Origin: Akkermansia sp. | GTDB taxonomy: Bacteria; Verrucomicrobiota; Verrucomicrobiia; Limisphaerales; SIBH01 | Reading direction: 5' to 3' | Assembly (NCBI GenBank): GCA_043757045.1 | Contig: JAYVQC010000097.1 | Location: 365-64,364, forward strand | DNA length: 64,000 nucleotides | Part shown: in pieces, positions 34,939-45,154 of the stretch | Layout of the letters: each line of letters opens with the position of its first letter | Position numbering within the stretch: the stretch's first letter is position 1 | Program-made: the position numbers and the translations under genes | The notes under the pieces: model-generated | The model's database searches: none | What the model was told of the DNA's origin: nothing | The model's input: the letters and a program-made list of their open reading frames with translations, nothing else

Positions 34939-37335
34939 ATGAACAAACTCTTTCGTTACGCGGCGCTCGCGCTTTGGCTCGGCACCGCTGCCATCCTTTC
35001 CGCCCAGACTCCTTCCCAGGTGAAGAAGGTCGAGCTGAAGCAAGTCGGCCCGCAGGAGGTCAGCGAACAGATGATCCGCGCGAACATCCGTGTGCGCCCC
35101 GGCGATCCCTACAGCAGTGTGGCGGTCATTGACGACATTCGAAACCTGTACGGCACCGGGCATTTCCTGAACATCCGCACCATCGAGGAGCCTTCGCCCG
35201 AAGGTCTCACGCTCACTTACGTACTCGTCGCCAAGCCACGCGTCACGGACATCCGTTTTGTGGGCAACGCGAAGTACGACAACAAGCAGTTGACCAAGAT
35301 CATCAAGTCCAAGGTTGGCCAGTTGCTCGACGAGCGGCAGCTCTTCGCCGACGTGCAGGAGATCAAGAAAAAGTACCAGAACGCCGGACTCCAGCGCACG
35401 GAGGTGAAATATATTCTCAATCCCGACGAGAACGCGGGCCGCGCGACCGTGACCTTCGAGATCGCCGAGACGCCGAAGGTCCGCATCGTGGACGTGGTCT
35501 TCGATGGCTCGAACCACTTCACGCAGAAGAAGCTCCGCAAGCAGATCAAGACCAAGCGCTGGTGGTGGCTCGGCGTCTTCAGCGGCGCGGGCAAGCTGAA
35601 GGACGATCAACTGGAAGACGACAAGGACGCGCTCATCGAGTTCTACCGCAACCAGGGCTACATTGATTTCGAGTTGAAAGAGGTGAAGCAGGAATACTTC
35701 ACGCCCACGCGGATGATTCTGCATTTCATCGTCAACGAGGGACGGCAGTACAAAGTCGGCGCGGTCGGCCTCAAGGGCGCGGCCATCTTCAGCACCAACA
35801 CCCTCGCCGAAACGTTGCGGATGAAAGTCGGCGACACTTTCACACCCGAAGGGCTCTCGAAGGATCGTGATGCGGTGGAGGATTACTACAGTTCGCGCGG
35901 TTACATCGAGACGCGCGTGGTGCCGCGCAAGAACCCGAACGTGGACACCGGCACGATGGACGTGATTTACGAGATCGCCGAGAGCGAGAAGGTGAAAATC
36001 GGGCGCATTGACATCAAGGGCAACGTCCGCACCAAGGACACCGTCATCCGCCGCGAACTCGCGGTCTCGCCCGGCGAGACCTTTGACATGGTGCGCGTGC
36101 GCCGCAGCAAAAACCGTTTGATGCAGACCGGCTTCTTCGAGCGCGTGGACACGCGGCCCGAGGACTCGGACGTGCCGAACGAGAAGAACCTCGTCGTGGG
36201 CGTCGAGGAGAAGAACACCGGGCAGTTCACCGTGGGCGCAGGCTTCAGTTCCGTCGAGTCGTTCGTCGGCTACGTCGAGGTCTATCAGGGCAACTTTGAT
36301 TTGTTCAAGTGGCCGACCTTCACGGGCGCGGGGCAGAAGTTTCGTGCGAAGGTCGCGCTGGGCACGTTGCGGCAGGATTACGAAGTGTCGTTCATCGAGC
36401 CGTGGTTCCTCGACCGCAAGCTCTCGCTCGGCGTGGATCTTTATTACAAGGAGATTGCCTTCTACAGCGACCTGTATGACCAGCGGCAGGCGGGCGGGAA
36501 AGTCAGCCTCACCCGCACGCTGGGCAGCGACTTCCTGATTGGCAGCATCAGCTACACGCCGGAAATCATCGGCATTCTGAAGGTGGACCGGGATTCGCCG
36601 AGTACGATCTTGAACACAGAGGGCAGCTTCTTCCTGAACCGTTTCGGCGCATCCATCGCCTATGACACGCGCAACAACTCGCTCTTGCCGAACAAGGGCC
36701 AGCGCACCGAACTCTCCACGGAACTGACCGGCGGCGACGCGAATTTCTACAAGCTGGAGGCGAAGACGGCCTGGTACTTCCCCGGCTTCTTTGAAGGTCA
36801 CGTTCTCGAAGTCGGACTGAAGGGCGGCGTGGTCGAGGCGTTGAATGATTTCGGCGACGATGCGGGGGCGTACACTTATTACAAAGAGACCGACCCGATT
36901 ACCGGAGCAGTGGTCACGAAGCGTGTCCCCAACCTCAAGCACAACGACGTGCCTTTCTTCGAGCGTTACTTCCTCGGTGGTGCCTACTCGCTGCGCGGCT
37001 TCAAGTATCGCGATGTTTCCCCCCAGGAACGCGGGCGCAACAGCGTGGGTTTCGAGCCGGTCGGCGGCAACAGCTTCTACTTCGCCTACGCGGAATACAG
37101 CGTGCCGATCATCGAGTTTCTGCGCGTCGCGACCTTCTACGACATGGGCAATGTGTTTTACGACTCCTACAAATTCAAAAGCACCTTCGCCTCGGACTTC
37201 GGCTTCGGCCTGCGTCTGAACATCCCGCGCCTGGGGCCGCTGCGATTTGACTACGGCATCCCGCTCCAGGACCCTGACAATCGCGGGGGCGGCGGACGGT
37301 TCAACTTCACCGTCGGTTACCAGCGTGAGTTTTAA
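34939..37335 (+). CDS. bamA: Outer membrane protein assembly factor BamA
   Basis: 798 aa: signal peptide, POTRA repeats (..I..I.F.GN...) and a C-terminal D15/Omp85 barrel ending ...FNFTVGYQREF. Confidence 0.95.
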   Translation: MNKLFRYAALALWLGTAAILSAQTPSQVKKVELKQVGPQEVSEQMIRANIRVRPGDPYSSVAVIDDIRNLYGTGHFLNIRTIEEPSPEGLTLTYVLVAKPRVTDIRFVGNAKYDNKQLTKIIKSKVGQLLDERQLFADVQEIKKKYQNAGLQRTEVKYILNPDENAGRATVTFEIAETPKVRIVDVVFDGSNHFTQKKLRKQIKTKRWWWLGVFSGAGKLKDDQLEDDKDALIEFYRNQGYIDFELKEVKQEYFTPTRMILHFIVNEGRQYKVGAVGLKGAAIFSTNTLAETLRMKVGDTFTPEGLSKDRDAVEDYYSSRGYIETRVVPRKNPNVDTGTMDVIYEIAESEKVKIGRIDIKGNVRTKDTVIRRELAVSPGETFDMVRVRRSKNRLMQTGFFERVDTRPEDSDVPNEKNLVVGVEEKNTGQFTVGAGFSSVESFVGYVEVYQGNFDLFKWPTFTGAGQKFRAKVALGTLRQDYEVSFIEPWFLDRKLSLGVDLYYKEIAFYSDLYDQRQAGGKVSLTRTLGSDFLIGSISYTPEIIGILKVDRDSPSTILNTEGSFFLNRFGASIAYDTRNNSLLPNKGQRTELSTELTGGDANFYKLEAKTAWYFPGFFEGHVLEVGLKGGVVEALNDFGDDAGAYTYYKETDPITGAVVTKRVPNLKHNDVPFFERYFLGGAYSLRGFKYRDVSPQERGRNSVGFEPVGGNSFYFAYAEYSVPIIEFLRVATFYDMGNVFYDSYKFKSTFASDFGFGLRLNIPRLGPLRFDYGIPLQDPDNRGGGGRFNFTVGYQREF

Positions 37336-37347
37336 TTTTTGCTGAAC

Positions 37348-37938
37348 ATGAAAAAGACATTGCTCGTATTGACCTCCTGTTTCCTCCTCGCGCTGGGCGC
37401 GTCCGCCGCCGAGGCGCAGAAAATCGCCACCATTGACCTCCGCAAAGTGTTCGATGGCTTTTGGAAAACCAAACAGGCCGACGCCAAGCTCAAGGAGGAC
37501 GCCGGTGAACTGGAGAAGGATCGCAAGATCATGGTGGACCAGTTCCAGAAGAGCGAGGAGCACTATAACAAGACCGTCGAAGGCGTGAAAGACCTCGCCC
37601 TCTCGGCCGCCGAGCGCGACAAGCGCAAGAAGGACGCGGAGAACGAGCTGCTCGGCCTGCGCGACATGGAGGGCCGCATCAAACAGTTCGACAACACCTC
37701 GCGCGCGCAGCTCGCCGAGAAGCAGCGCCGCATCCGCGACAACATCCTGACCGAAATTCGCGAGACCGTGAAGCTCAAGGTCAAGACCGCGAACTACACC
37801 ATGGTCCTCGACACCGCCGCCGAGACCCCGAACGGCACGCCCATTGTCCTCTACACCAACGGCTCCGACGATCTCACCGACGCGGTGTTGAAGGAGCTGA
37901 ACATCAACGCCCCGGTCACACCGGCGGCGGCGAAGTAG
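37348..37938 (+). CDS. OmpH/Skp family periplasmic chaperone
   Basis: Signal peptide MKKTLLVLTSCFLLALGASAAEAQKIATIDL, a coiled-coil Lys/Glu-rich body, and position immediately after bamA. Confidence 0.85.
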   Translation: MKKTLLVLTSCFLLALGASAAEAQKIATIDLRKVFDGFWKTKQADAKLKEDAGELEKDRKIMVDQFQKSEEHYNKTVEGVKDLALSAAERDKRKKDAENELLGLRDMEGRIKQFDNTSRAQLAEKQRRIRDNILTEIRETVKLKVKTANYTMVLDTAAETPNGTPIVLYTNGSDDLTDAVLKELNINAPVTPAAAK

Positions 37939-38212
37939 CCTCGCCCTCTGCCACGGGGTGTGATTGGAAGTGGCGGTCCGAGCGCGTGGCGTCAGGCATC
38001 CTGCCTGACGTAGAGGGCTGGCGTCCCGCCGCCCGGATCGAGCGTTGGAAGGTTCTCGCGCCTGGCAAATAGTCCCGCCCAGTTTCCGCCGGGCGGGACG
38101 CCTGCCGCCACCGGCCCTCCACTTCCCATCGCACCCGATGCCCAGCGGTCGCTGGAGCCGCGGCATTAGAAATCGGATTGGAAGCGCCGACGCGGGTCGG
38201 ACATAACACCCC

Positions 38213-40156
38213 ATGCGAATTCTCCTTCTGCTCGCTGGCGCGTTGGCGTTGCTCCCGCTGCGCGCCGTCGAGTTGACGCGCCTTCTGCAAAACAACCCCG
38301 GCCTCGTCGTTGACCTCGGCGTCGGACTCTACGCTTTTCCACTGCCGATGGACTGGGATGGCGATGGTGATCTCGACCTGCTCGTGGCCTGTCCCGACAA
38401 GCATTACCAAGGCGTTTATCTTTTCGAGAATCCGGCGGGGAAGGGCGTCGCCATGCCGGTGTTCAAAGCGGGGAAACGTCTCGGTCCGGCGGCGGAATAC
38501 ATGACGCTCTCGACGGTGGACGGGAAGCCGCGCCTGCTCGCGCGGAATCGCGAGTATCCCGATTTTACCAACGGCAATTTCACCACCACGCGAACCATTT
38601 ATCCGACGAGCCTCCTCGCGAATATCAAGCGCGTGCGCGGCAACACCTGGCGCTACGCGGACGTGGACGGCGACGGCGCGAGCGACCTGCTCGTGGGCCA
38701 TGATTCATGGGACGACTTCGGCTGGTTCGGCACGGACTGGGCGCGCCAATACAATTCTCGCGGCGCGTGGACCGGCGCGCTGCCGCACGGCTGGTTCTAC
38801 TGGGTGAAGAACGACGGCACCGACGCCGCGCCGAAGTTTGGCCGGCCGCAACAACTCCTCGCCGGCGGTCAACCGATGGAAGTCACCGGAGCACCCACGC
38901 CGAACCTCGCGGACTTCGACGGCGACGGCGACCTCGACCTCATCAGCGGCGAGTTCCTCGACGGCTTCACGTTTTTTGAGAACATCGGCACACGCACGAA
39001 ACCGGACTTCGCGATTGGTGTGAAGTTGACGCAACTCGGCCAACCGCTCGTGATGGACCTGCAAATGATTGTGCCGCACGCCGTGGACTGGAACGGCGAC
39101 CAGCGTGCGGACTTGCTCTGCGGCGACGAGGATGGGCGCGTCGCGTTCCTCGAAAACACCGGGCGGCGCGTGAACAGCGCGCCGAAATTTCTCCCGCCGC
39201 GCTACTTTCAGCAGGAGGCGGACGAGCTGAAGTGCGGCGCGCTCGCCACGCCCTGCGTCGTTGATTGGGACGGCGACGGCGACGAAGACATCATCAGCGG
39301 GAACTCGGCGGGCTGCCTGGAATTTATCGAGAACCTGAGCGGGCCGCGTGTGGCCGCGCCGAAGTGGGCTGCGCCGAAGAAACTTTTGGCGAACGGCAAA
39401 GTGATTCGCATTCAAGCCGGCCCGAACGGTTCGATTCAGGGACCGATTGAAGCGAAGTGGGGTTACACCGTGCCGTCCGTCGCGGACTGGGACGGCGACG
39501 GACTGCCGGACATCGTGATCAATTCCATCTGGGGCCGCATCGAGTGGTTCAAGAACGTCGGCACGCGCACCGCGCCGAAACTCGCCGCGGCCGAGCGCGT
39601 TGAAGTGGATTGGCCATCGGCGCTGCGGACGCCGCCCAAGCCCGAATGGAATTGGTGGAATCCCAAGGGCCGCGAACTGGTCACGCAATGGCGCACCTCG
39701 CCCGTCGCGGTGGACTGGAACGGCGATGGACTCACCGACCTCGTGATGATGGACCACCAAGGCTGGCTCTGCCTCTGGCCGCGTGAGAAGCGTGGGGACA
39801 AGCTCGCGCTGCTGCCCGGCCAGCGCGTCCTGTGTGATGAATCGGGCGCACCACTGCGCTTCAACGACAAACCACTCGGCGCGAGCGGACGGCGCAAATT
39901 CACCGTGGTGGATTGGGACGGCGACGGGAAACTCGACATTCTCGCGGACGGCAAAAACGCCGTCTTCTGGCGTCAGGTCGCGCAACGCGAGGGCAAATGG
40001 CTTTTCAAGAACGAAGGCGATCTCGCGAGCGGCGACACGTCCGGCCATTCACCCACGCCCGCGACTGCTGACTGGGACGGCGACGGCAAGCGCGACTTGG
40101 TGCTCGGCGCGCAGGAGGGGCATTTCTATTTCCTGAAGAATCCGCGCAGCCGGTGA
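38213..40156 (+). CDS. FG-GAP/VCBS repeat-containing secreted protein
   Basis: Signal peptide plus many D.DGDGD.D(L/I) calcium-binding repeats (DWDGDGDLDLLV, DVDGDGASDLLV, DFDGDGDLDLIS, DWDGDGDEDIIS, DWDGDGLPDIVI, DWDGDGKLDIL, DWDGDGKRDLVL). Confidence 0.8.
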   Translation: MRILLLLAGALALLPLRAVELTRLLQNNPGLVVDLGVGLYAFPLPMDWDGDGDLDLLVACPDKHYQGVYLFENPAGKGVAMPVFKAGKRLGPAAEYMTLSTVDGKPRLLARNREYPDFTNGNFTTTRTIYPTSLLANIKRVRGNTWRYADVDGDGASDLLVGHDSWDDFGWFGTDWARQYNSRGAWTGALPHGWFYWVKNDGTDAAPKFGRPQQLLAGGQPMEVTGAPTPNLADFDGDGDLDLISGEFLDGFTFFENIGTRTKPDFAIGVKLTQLGQPLVMDLQMIVPHAVDWNGDQRADLLCGDEDGRVAFLENTGRRVNSAPKFLPPRYFQQEADELKCGALATPCVVDWDGDGDEDIISGNSAGCLEFIENLSGPRVAAPKWAAPKKLLANGKVIRIQAGPNGSIQGPIEAKWGYTVPSVADWDGDGLPDIVINSIWGRIEWFKNVGTRTAPKLAAAERVEVDWPSALRTPPKPEWNWWNPKGRELVTQWRTSPVAVDWNGDGLTDLVMMDHQGWLCLWPREKRGDKLALLPGQRVLCDESGAPLRFNDKPLGASGRRKFTVVDWDGDGKLDILADGKNAVFWRQVAQREGKWLFKNEGDLASGDTSGHSPTPATADWDGDGKRDLVLGAQEGHFYFLKNPRSR

Positions 40157-40266
40157 AGGAGCGCGGGTTTTCAACCCGCAGCAACGTGCCAGAACAGGAG
40201 AGTTTCCTTCGTCAGCAAGCCGACTGGTCGCTGAACATTACTGTAGGTTGAACCCCCGCGCTCCCC

Positions 40267-40565
40267 TCACCGCCACTGCCCCGTGAGCGTGAAGGCCGCC
40301 CAGAAGTAGGGGTTGGAGAAATCTTCCTTCGCTCCTTTTGTGCGCAGCAGCGACAACTGCGCCGCGCGCCAGGCCTCCGCGCGCGGTTCGCCGGCCCGCC
40401 AGCGGCGCATGAACTCCGTCATCAAACGGCTCGTCGCCGCGTCGCTCACTTTCCAATGGCTCGCCAGCACCGTCTCTGCGCCGGCGATGCGGAAGGCGCG
40501 GCGCAGCGACATCACGCCCTCGCCGATCTTCACCCCGCCCGTGCCCGAATTGCACTGCTCCTTGG
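40267..40565 (-). pseudogene. Truncated C-terminal fragment of a CHAT-domain protease gene (paralogue of 41308-45021)
   Basis: It encodes only ..CNSGTGGVKIGEGVMSLRRAFRIAGAETVLASHWKVSDAATSRLMTEFMRRWRAGEPRAEAWRAAQLSLL...NPYFWAAFTLTGQWR. This is near-identical to the last ~95 aa of the intact CHAT protein. Upstream sequence is replaced by the vapBC cassette. Confidence 0.7.
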
Positions 40566-40613
40566 CCGGAATTTGGATTGGCAATTTAAGTTCCTGCGGG
40601 CAAATTTCTGGCC

Positions 40614-40847
40614 ATGAGCACGGTTGTGGAAATTGAGTCCGCCCTGAAGCAGTTGCCATTACAGGACGCCCAGTCCATCGCGCAGTGGTTGCAGAAATAT
40701 CTCGACCGCCACCACAGCCCGCCGCCCCCATCTGCCAGCCCAGCGTCAGTCAAGCTGCCGGACTACGCCGCGCGCCGACGAATGATTTTTGGCGAAAAGG
40801 TGCTGCCGAACATGGTCCTGCTGTCCCGTGAAGAGGAACGCTGGTGA
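40614..40847 (+). CDS. vapB: VapB-like antitoxin
   Basis: 77-aa ORF with a 4-nt overlap with the following PIN gene, in the usual antitoxin-first order. Confidence 0.55.
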   Translation: MSTVVEIESALKQLPLQDAQSIAQWLQKYLDRHHSPPPPSASPASVKLPDYAARRRMIFGEKVLPNMVLLSREEERW

Positions 40848-41275
40848 CTTACGTCGATACCAGCGTTCTCTTCTCGCTCTACGTCCCGGATGCGAATTCA
40901 TCCAGAGCCGATGCGTGGCGGCGGGCCAATCCGGTCCCGATTGATTTCACCGGCTTTCACCGTATTGAACTCCGAAACGCGTTGAGCCTGGCCGTGTTTC
41001 AGCAGCGGTTGACGCCCGATGAAACACAGGCGGCGTGGACACAGGTTCAGGAGGATTTGCAGGCCGGTGTTCTGGTGGCGAAACCGGACCTGTGGGCCAA
41101 GCTCGTTCCAGAAGCGGAAGCGTTGGCCGCGCATCACACACCGACGCTTGGCACCCGCAGTCTCGACGTTCTCCACGTCGCCGCCGCTTCAGTCATCGGG
41201 GCCACGGAGTTTTGCACCTTCGATGTGCGGCAAGGCAAACTGGCACAATTGGCCGGGATGCTTCTCCGGCCATAA
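40844..41275 (+). CDS. vapC: PIN-domain ribonuclease toxin VapC
   Basis: MTYVDTSVLFSLY (first acidic residue), ...SLDVLHVAAA... and ...FCTFDVRQ... motifs of PIN/VapC. 143 aa. Confidence 0.85.
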   Translation: MTYVDTSVLFSLYVPDANSSRADAWRRANPVPIDFTGFHRIELRNALSLAVFQQRLTPDETQAAWTQVQEDLQAGVLVAKPDLWAKLVPEAEALAAHHTPTLGTRSLDVLHVAAASVIGATEFCTFDVRQGKLAQLAGMLLRP

Positions 41276-41307
41276 ACCCAGGACAATGCCAACGAACTCG
41301 GCCCCAC

Positions 41308-44300
41308 TTACCGCCACTGCCCCGTCAGCGTGAACGCCGCCCAGAAGTAGGGATTGGATGGATTGTCCCGGTCGCTCTTGTCGTGCAGCAACGACAACTG
41401 CGCCGCGCGCCAGGCTTCCGCGCGCGGTTCGCCGGCCCGCCAGCGGCGCATGAACTCCGTCATCAAACGGCTCGTCGCCGCGTCGCTCACCTTCCAATGG
41501 CTCGCCAGCACCGTCTCCGCGCCGGCGATGCGGAAGGCGCGGCGCAACGACATCACGCCCTCGCCGATCTTCACCTCGCCCGTGCCCGAATCGCACGCGC
41601 TCAGGATCACCAGCTCCGTGCCTTGCAGGTTGAGCAGCGACGCTTCGAGTCCGGTCAGGAGGCCGTCTTCCACTTCGACATTCGGCATTCGTAATTCGGA
41701 CTTCGCCCGGTTCGCCCCCGCCAGCGCAATGCCGCAGCGCACCAGCGGATTCTCCCAGTCGTCCTGTGGTGGGGCGAGACTCCGTCGAGCCGTAACATCC
41801 CCCAGCCCATTCGTCCGCTTGAACTCCTGATCCGAAAGAAAAAATCCATGCGTGGCCAGGTGCAGCACGCGCGGCGATTGCACGGCTTTCAACTCTGCCT
41901 CCCGCGCCTCCGCGCCGAGACGCAGCACGCACTCCTCGCCCAGCAACTTCGCCACCCCGCGCGCCTCCTGTTCCGAACCCGGCAGCGGCGTGAACTTCAT
42001 CCCACGCGCGTCCAGTTCGCGCGAGCGAAAGGAGCGCGGGCTTCCAGCCCGCTGTTGGAAGCGTCCCGCTTCCAACCCGTTCGTTGCGGACGAGACGTCC
42101 GCCACAGCGCGCGGGACGCGCGCGCTCCCCAAATCCAAATCAAAATCCGGATTCCCCATGACCAGCGACTTGGAAACGGCCCCCGACTTCGGACCTTGGA
42201 CCTTGGACTTTGGACCCGCCGCAAGGCGAGCCACCTCCCGCCCGCTGCCGACGTAGCTGATGGTTTTCTCCTCGATGAGATATTTCACCCGCGCGGGCCT
42301 TGTTGCGCCGAAATCCGATGGAGGCGAAAGCATCTCGAACGGCAGCCGGCTCAACTGACCGTCCGGGCAGACGATGAGATGCGACACGTTCGTGAGGTGC
42401 GGCGCGAGCGGCGCATAGACCAACCGGCTCAACCGCTCCAGCGCCGCCGCCAAATCCGCCGCGCGAAACTGCCCCGCGCCCATGCGCCGGGCCACGAGTT
42501 CCACCGCGTCATCAATCGGCTGCGCCTCGCCCAAGTCCACGCGCCGCACGACCACGTTGGTCGAGTCCTTCGCCAGCGGGAAAGTGAGGTGGGCGGCGTA
42601 GCGCGTTTCGTTCCACTGGTTCGTCTTGGCAGCAAAATCAAATCGCCGATACTTCACAATATCCACAAGGGCCGCTTGCGATGGAAGGTGACGGCTCACG
42701 TCCACCAAAGTGAAACTTCGTTCCTGAATGGTTTGACCTACGAGTGCAACGCGCTCGGCCAGCTTTGCTTCGATCTGGCTCAATCCATCTTGCAGTTCGC
42801 GTCGCCGGTTGTCGATTTGGACCGGCTCAAGTTTGCTTTGCAAGACGTGCTCCAATTCAACTCTTGTCGCTTGGTGTTGGCGGAGAAATTCTTGAGTCGC
42901 AGTTTGTGGCGAAGACTCCAGCGCCGCTTGGACAACCTGCACCTCTTCAAACAAGCCTTTGTTGAGGGCCAATTCTTCGGCTCCGTGAGGAGCGGCTGAT
43001 GCGACATTCTTGTTTGCATCTTCAGCCCAAGCCGAATGGAACAAGCCGTCGCGAAAAGCCAGCGCATCCAAAGTTCGGAGAACGGCACCCATTGAAGCCA
43101 CGGAGAACTGGTTGTTCAGATAGTTCCGCAGCGAATGAGCGACGCGGGCAAATTCAAATTCGCTTTCCAGCAATTCCCCTTTTCTGCGACAGACTATAGC
43201 GACACATGTGAGCCAAAGACGGGTTTCGGGGTGTTCCAATCCGAGGGTCTTTTCACCGATCGCTGCCGCGCGCCGGTACAACCGTAGTGCTTCAACTTCG
43301 TCCCCAAGGCCGAGTTTTAATCCTGCGATTAAGCCCACCGATACCGCGACGTCGCGATGTTCTGTTCCAAAGATTTCTTCTCTCAATTCCAGACTTCGCC
43401 GGGCGAAAGGCAAAGCTATTTCGGGATTGCCACGCATCGAGTGTATCCCAGCCAGATTTGCAAGTGCGGTGGCTACTGCTGGATGGTCAGGGCCAAGAAT
43501 CTTTTCGTCTATAGCCAGGCTGCGGTTTTGAATTTTTAGAGCTTCATCATGCTTTCCTTCAGCGCCATAGAGTCCCGCGAGATTATTGAGAGTGATGGCA
43601 ACTTGGCGATGAATCGGACCGAATGCTTTTTCTGAAATGGCGAGACTGCGTTGATAAGCAGGTAACGCTTTCTCGTAGTCACCCTGGGATTCAAGCACAG
43701 ATGCTATCGCGTCCAAAGTCGGCGCGATTGCTGGGTGTTCAGGACCTGAATATCGTTCGCCGATGGCAAGACTGCGTTGGAGCAACGGCAAGGCTTGCGC
43801 ATACGCGCCTTGGTCTTTGTAGAGGAACGCAAGGTTGTTCAGCGAGTTGGCAACCTCTGGATGCTCGCCGCCAAACGCTCTTTCTCGAATCGACAGACTG
43901 CGGCGGATCAATTTTTCAGCCTCGCGAAAATCTCCTTGGTCGCGGTACACAGACGCGAGATTGACCAGGGCTGGCGCAACGCTTGGATGCTCTGGACCAG
44001 CAATCTGTTCGGTGATGGCAAGACTGCGGCGAAACGCCGCCATTGCGCGAGTGAACTCAGCTCGGTTTGCGTAAAGCAATCCCAAGTTGTTCAGGCTGAC
44101 AGCAACATCCGGGTGCGTTGGTCCAAATACCTTTTCCCGGATTTCGAGGGCACGCTGATGCAACCCCAAAGCCGCATCGTGCCGACCGATCTCTTCCTGG
44201 AGCACCGCTGCGTTGTTTACAGTTGTTGCGACGTTACCATCCAATGTTCCGAAAGCCTTGACCCGAATTTCCAAGCTCCGCAGAAGCGCATTGGAAGCCT

Positions 44301-45021
44301 CAAGGTAGTTCCCCTGCACCCGGTAAAGTTCGCCGAGGTTGTTCAGGCAGGTAGCCACATCGGGATGTTCAGGTCCGAGAAGTTTTTCTCGGATGGCGAG
44401 ACTGCGTTGAAGTGCGAGCGATGCCTTGGTGTAATCGCCCTGGGCGAAATAGACCGACGAGAAGCTGTTCAGAGTCGCCGCTGCCTTCGCACTTTCCTTG
44501 CCTGAAAGTTTTTCAACAATCGCCAAGCTCCGAGTGAACGCCGCAATAGCTTGGGCGAAATTCCCTTGTTCTTTCTGCATCATGCCCACGCCGACAAGCA
44601 GAGTGGCAATCTGGTCGTGCTCTGGCCCAAGCAACTTCTCCCCGAGATTCAAAGAGCGTTGGAAAAGAGGCAGCGCCTTGGCGAAAGCACCTTGCTGTTG
44701 GTAGGTCACGGCCAATCTGAACAGCGGCTCACCAACTTTTGAGTCTTCTGATCCGAACACCTTTTCCGTCAACGCGAGGGCACGCTCCAGTAGCGGAATT
44801 GATTCCTCGTAATGCTTTTGACGGTACAAGGACTCGGCGTTTGCGAGTAATTGTTCGATTTCACTTTTCACGAGTTCCCGATCCACTTCGGCACCTTTTG
44901 CTTGGAGCGCGCGTTGTGCCGGCGCTTCCATCGAGCCAACGAGCAGAACGACACACAGAAGTGTCCTCAAGAACCCGCATTGTTCGCGCACGTTGAGCAC
45001 GAGTGAGTGAAGGCATTTCAC
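41308..45021 (-). CDS. TPR-repeat / CHAT-domain (caspase-like) protease
   Basis: 1237 aa with a hydrophobic leader (FLRTLLCVVLLVGSMEAPAQ). There are more than 12 TPR units of the ..A..L.NLA.LY..QG.Y..A..L..RSLAI.EK..G..HP.VA type. The C-terminal CHAT domain has an intact His (VLHLATHGFF) and Cys (LVILSACDSGTG). The TPR-coding part is visibly AT-richer than flanking genes. Confidence 0.9.
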   Translation of the reverse strand: MKCLHSLVLNVREQCGFLRTLLCVVLLVGSMEAPAQRALQAKGAEVDRELVKSEIEQLLANAESLYRQKHYEESIPLLERALALTEKVFGSEDSKVGEPLFRLAVTYQQQGAFAKALPLFQRSLNLGEKLLGPEHDQIATLLVGVGMMQKEQGNFAQAIAAFTRSLAIVEKLSGKESAKAAATLNSFSSVYFAQGDYTKASLALQRSLAIREKLLGPEHPDVATCLNNLGELYRVQGNYLEASNALLRSLEIRVKAFGTLDGNVATTVNNAAVLQEEIGRHDAALGLHQRALEIREKVFGPTHPDVAVSLNNLGLLYANRAEFTRAMAAFRRSLAITEQIAGPEHPSVAPALVNLASVYRDQGDFREAEKLIRRSLSIRERAFGGEHPEVANSLNNLAFLYKDQGAYAQALPLLQRSLAIGERYSGPEHPAIAPTLDAIASVLESQGDYEKALPAYQRSLAISEKAFGPIHRQVAITLNNLAGLYGAEGKHDEALKIQNRSLAIDEKILGPDHPAVATALANLAGIHSMRGNPEIALPFARRSLELREEIFGTEHRDVAVSVGLIAGLKLGLGDEVEALRLYRRAAAIGEKTLGLEHPETRLWLTCVAIVCRRKGELLESEFEFARVAHSLRNYLNNQFSVASMGAVLRTLDALAFRDGLFHSAWAEDANKNVASAAPHGAEELALNKGLFEEVQVVQAALESSPQTATQEFLRQHQATRVELEHVLQSKLEPVQIDNRRRELQDGLSQIEAKLAERVALVGQTIQERSFTLVDVSRHLPSQAALVDIVKYRRFDFAAKTNQWNETRYAAHLTFPLAKDSTNVVVRRVDLGEAQPIDDAVELVARRMGAGQFRAADLAAALERLSRLVYAPLAPHLTNVSHLIVCPDGQLSRLPFEMLSPPSDFGATRPARVKYLIEEKTISYVGSGREVARLAAGPKSKVQGPKSGAVSKSLVMGNPDFDLDLGSARVPRAVADVSSATNGLEAGRFQQRAGSPRSFRSRELDARGMKFTPLPGSEQEARGVAKLLGEECVLRLGAEAREAELKAVQSPRVLHLATHGFFLSDQEFKRTNGLGDVTARRSLAPPQDDWENPLVRCGIALAGANRAKSELRMPNVEVEDGLLTGLEASLLNLQGTELVILSACDSGTGEVKIGEGVMSLRRAFRIAGAETVLASHWKVSDAATSRLMTEFMRRWRAGEPRAEAWRAAQLSLLHDKSDRDNPSNPYFWAAFTLTGQWR
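42191..42217. repeat. GGACCTT heptamer repeat inside the TPR-CHAT gene
   Basis: ggaccttggaccttggactttggaccc. It encodes ..GPKSKVQGPKS.. Same repeat as 53112-53146. Confidence 0.8.
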
Positions 45022-45154
45022 TGTTGGAAATCAACATTCACATCCGCCTTTTGTTACAACTTAAAGCCGTGGCCGCGATGAACGCGGTCACGGTAAATTG
45101 ACGAAATGTTCTCATGGCCTGCTACGAGTTTTCCGTCTCGTTGATCGTCGGCGA

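Noticed and set aside
33718-38295. 1525-aa ORF on the minus strand, the longest in the track. Similar long ORFs include 30108-31814(-), 28674-29969(-), 25105-26775(+), 49750-51378(+), 6920-8488(-), 38705-40048(-), 62248-63423(-) and 61106-62347(-).
   Set aside because: All lie antisense to genes with unmistakable motifs (dnaB/bamA/skp, CHRD protein, MBOAT partner, LuxC-like, HemN-like, FG-GAP, Wza-like). Their translations are Arg/Ala/Gly/His-rich with no recognisable domains. These are typical shadow ORFs of GC-rich DNA.
40267-40731. 154-aa minus-strand ORF as an intact small gene.
   Set aside because: Only its C-terminal ~95 aa match the CHAT protein. The N-terminal part is unrelated read-through overlapping the vapB start region. 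Called as a pseudogene fragment instead.
41308-45021. TPR-CHAT as part of a type III-E CRISPR (Craspase) locus.
   Set aside because: No Cas7-11/gRAMP-sized gene, no csx30/csx31-like genes recognised and no repeat-spacer array in the window. The protein is much larger and TPR-richer than Csx29 and has an export-like leader. Only the conceptual analogy is retained as a finding.
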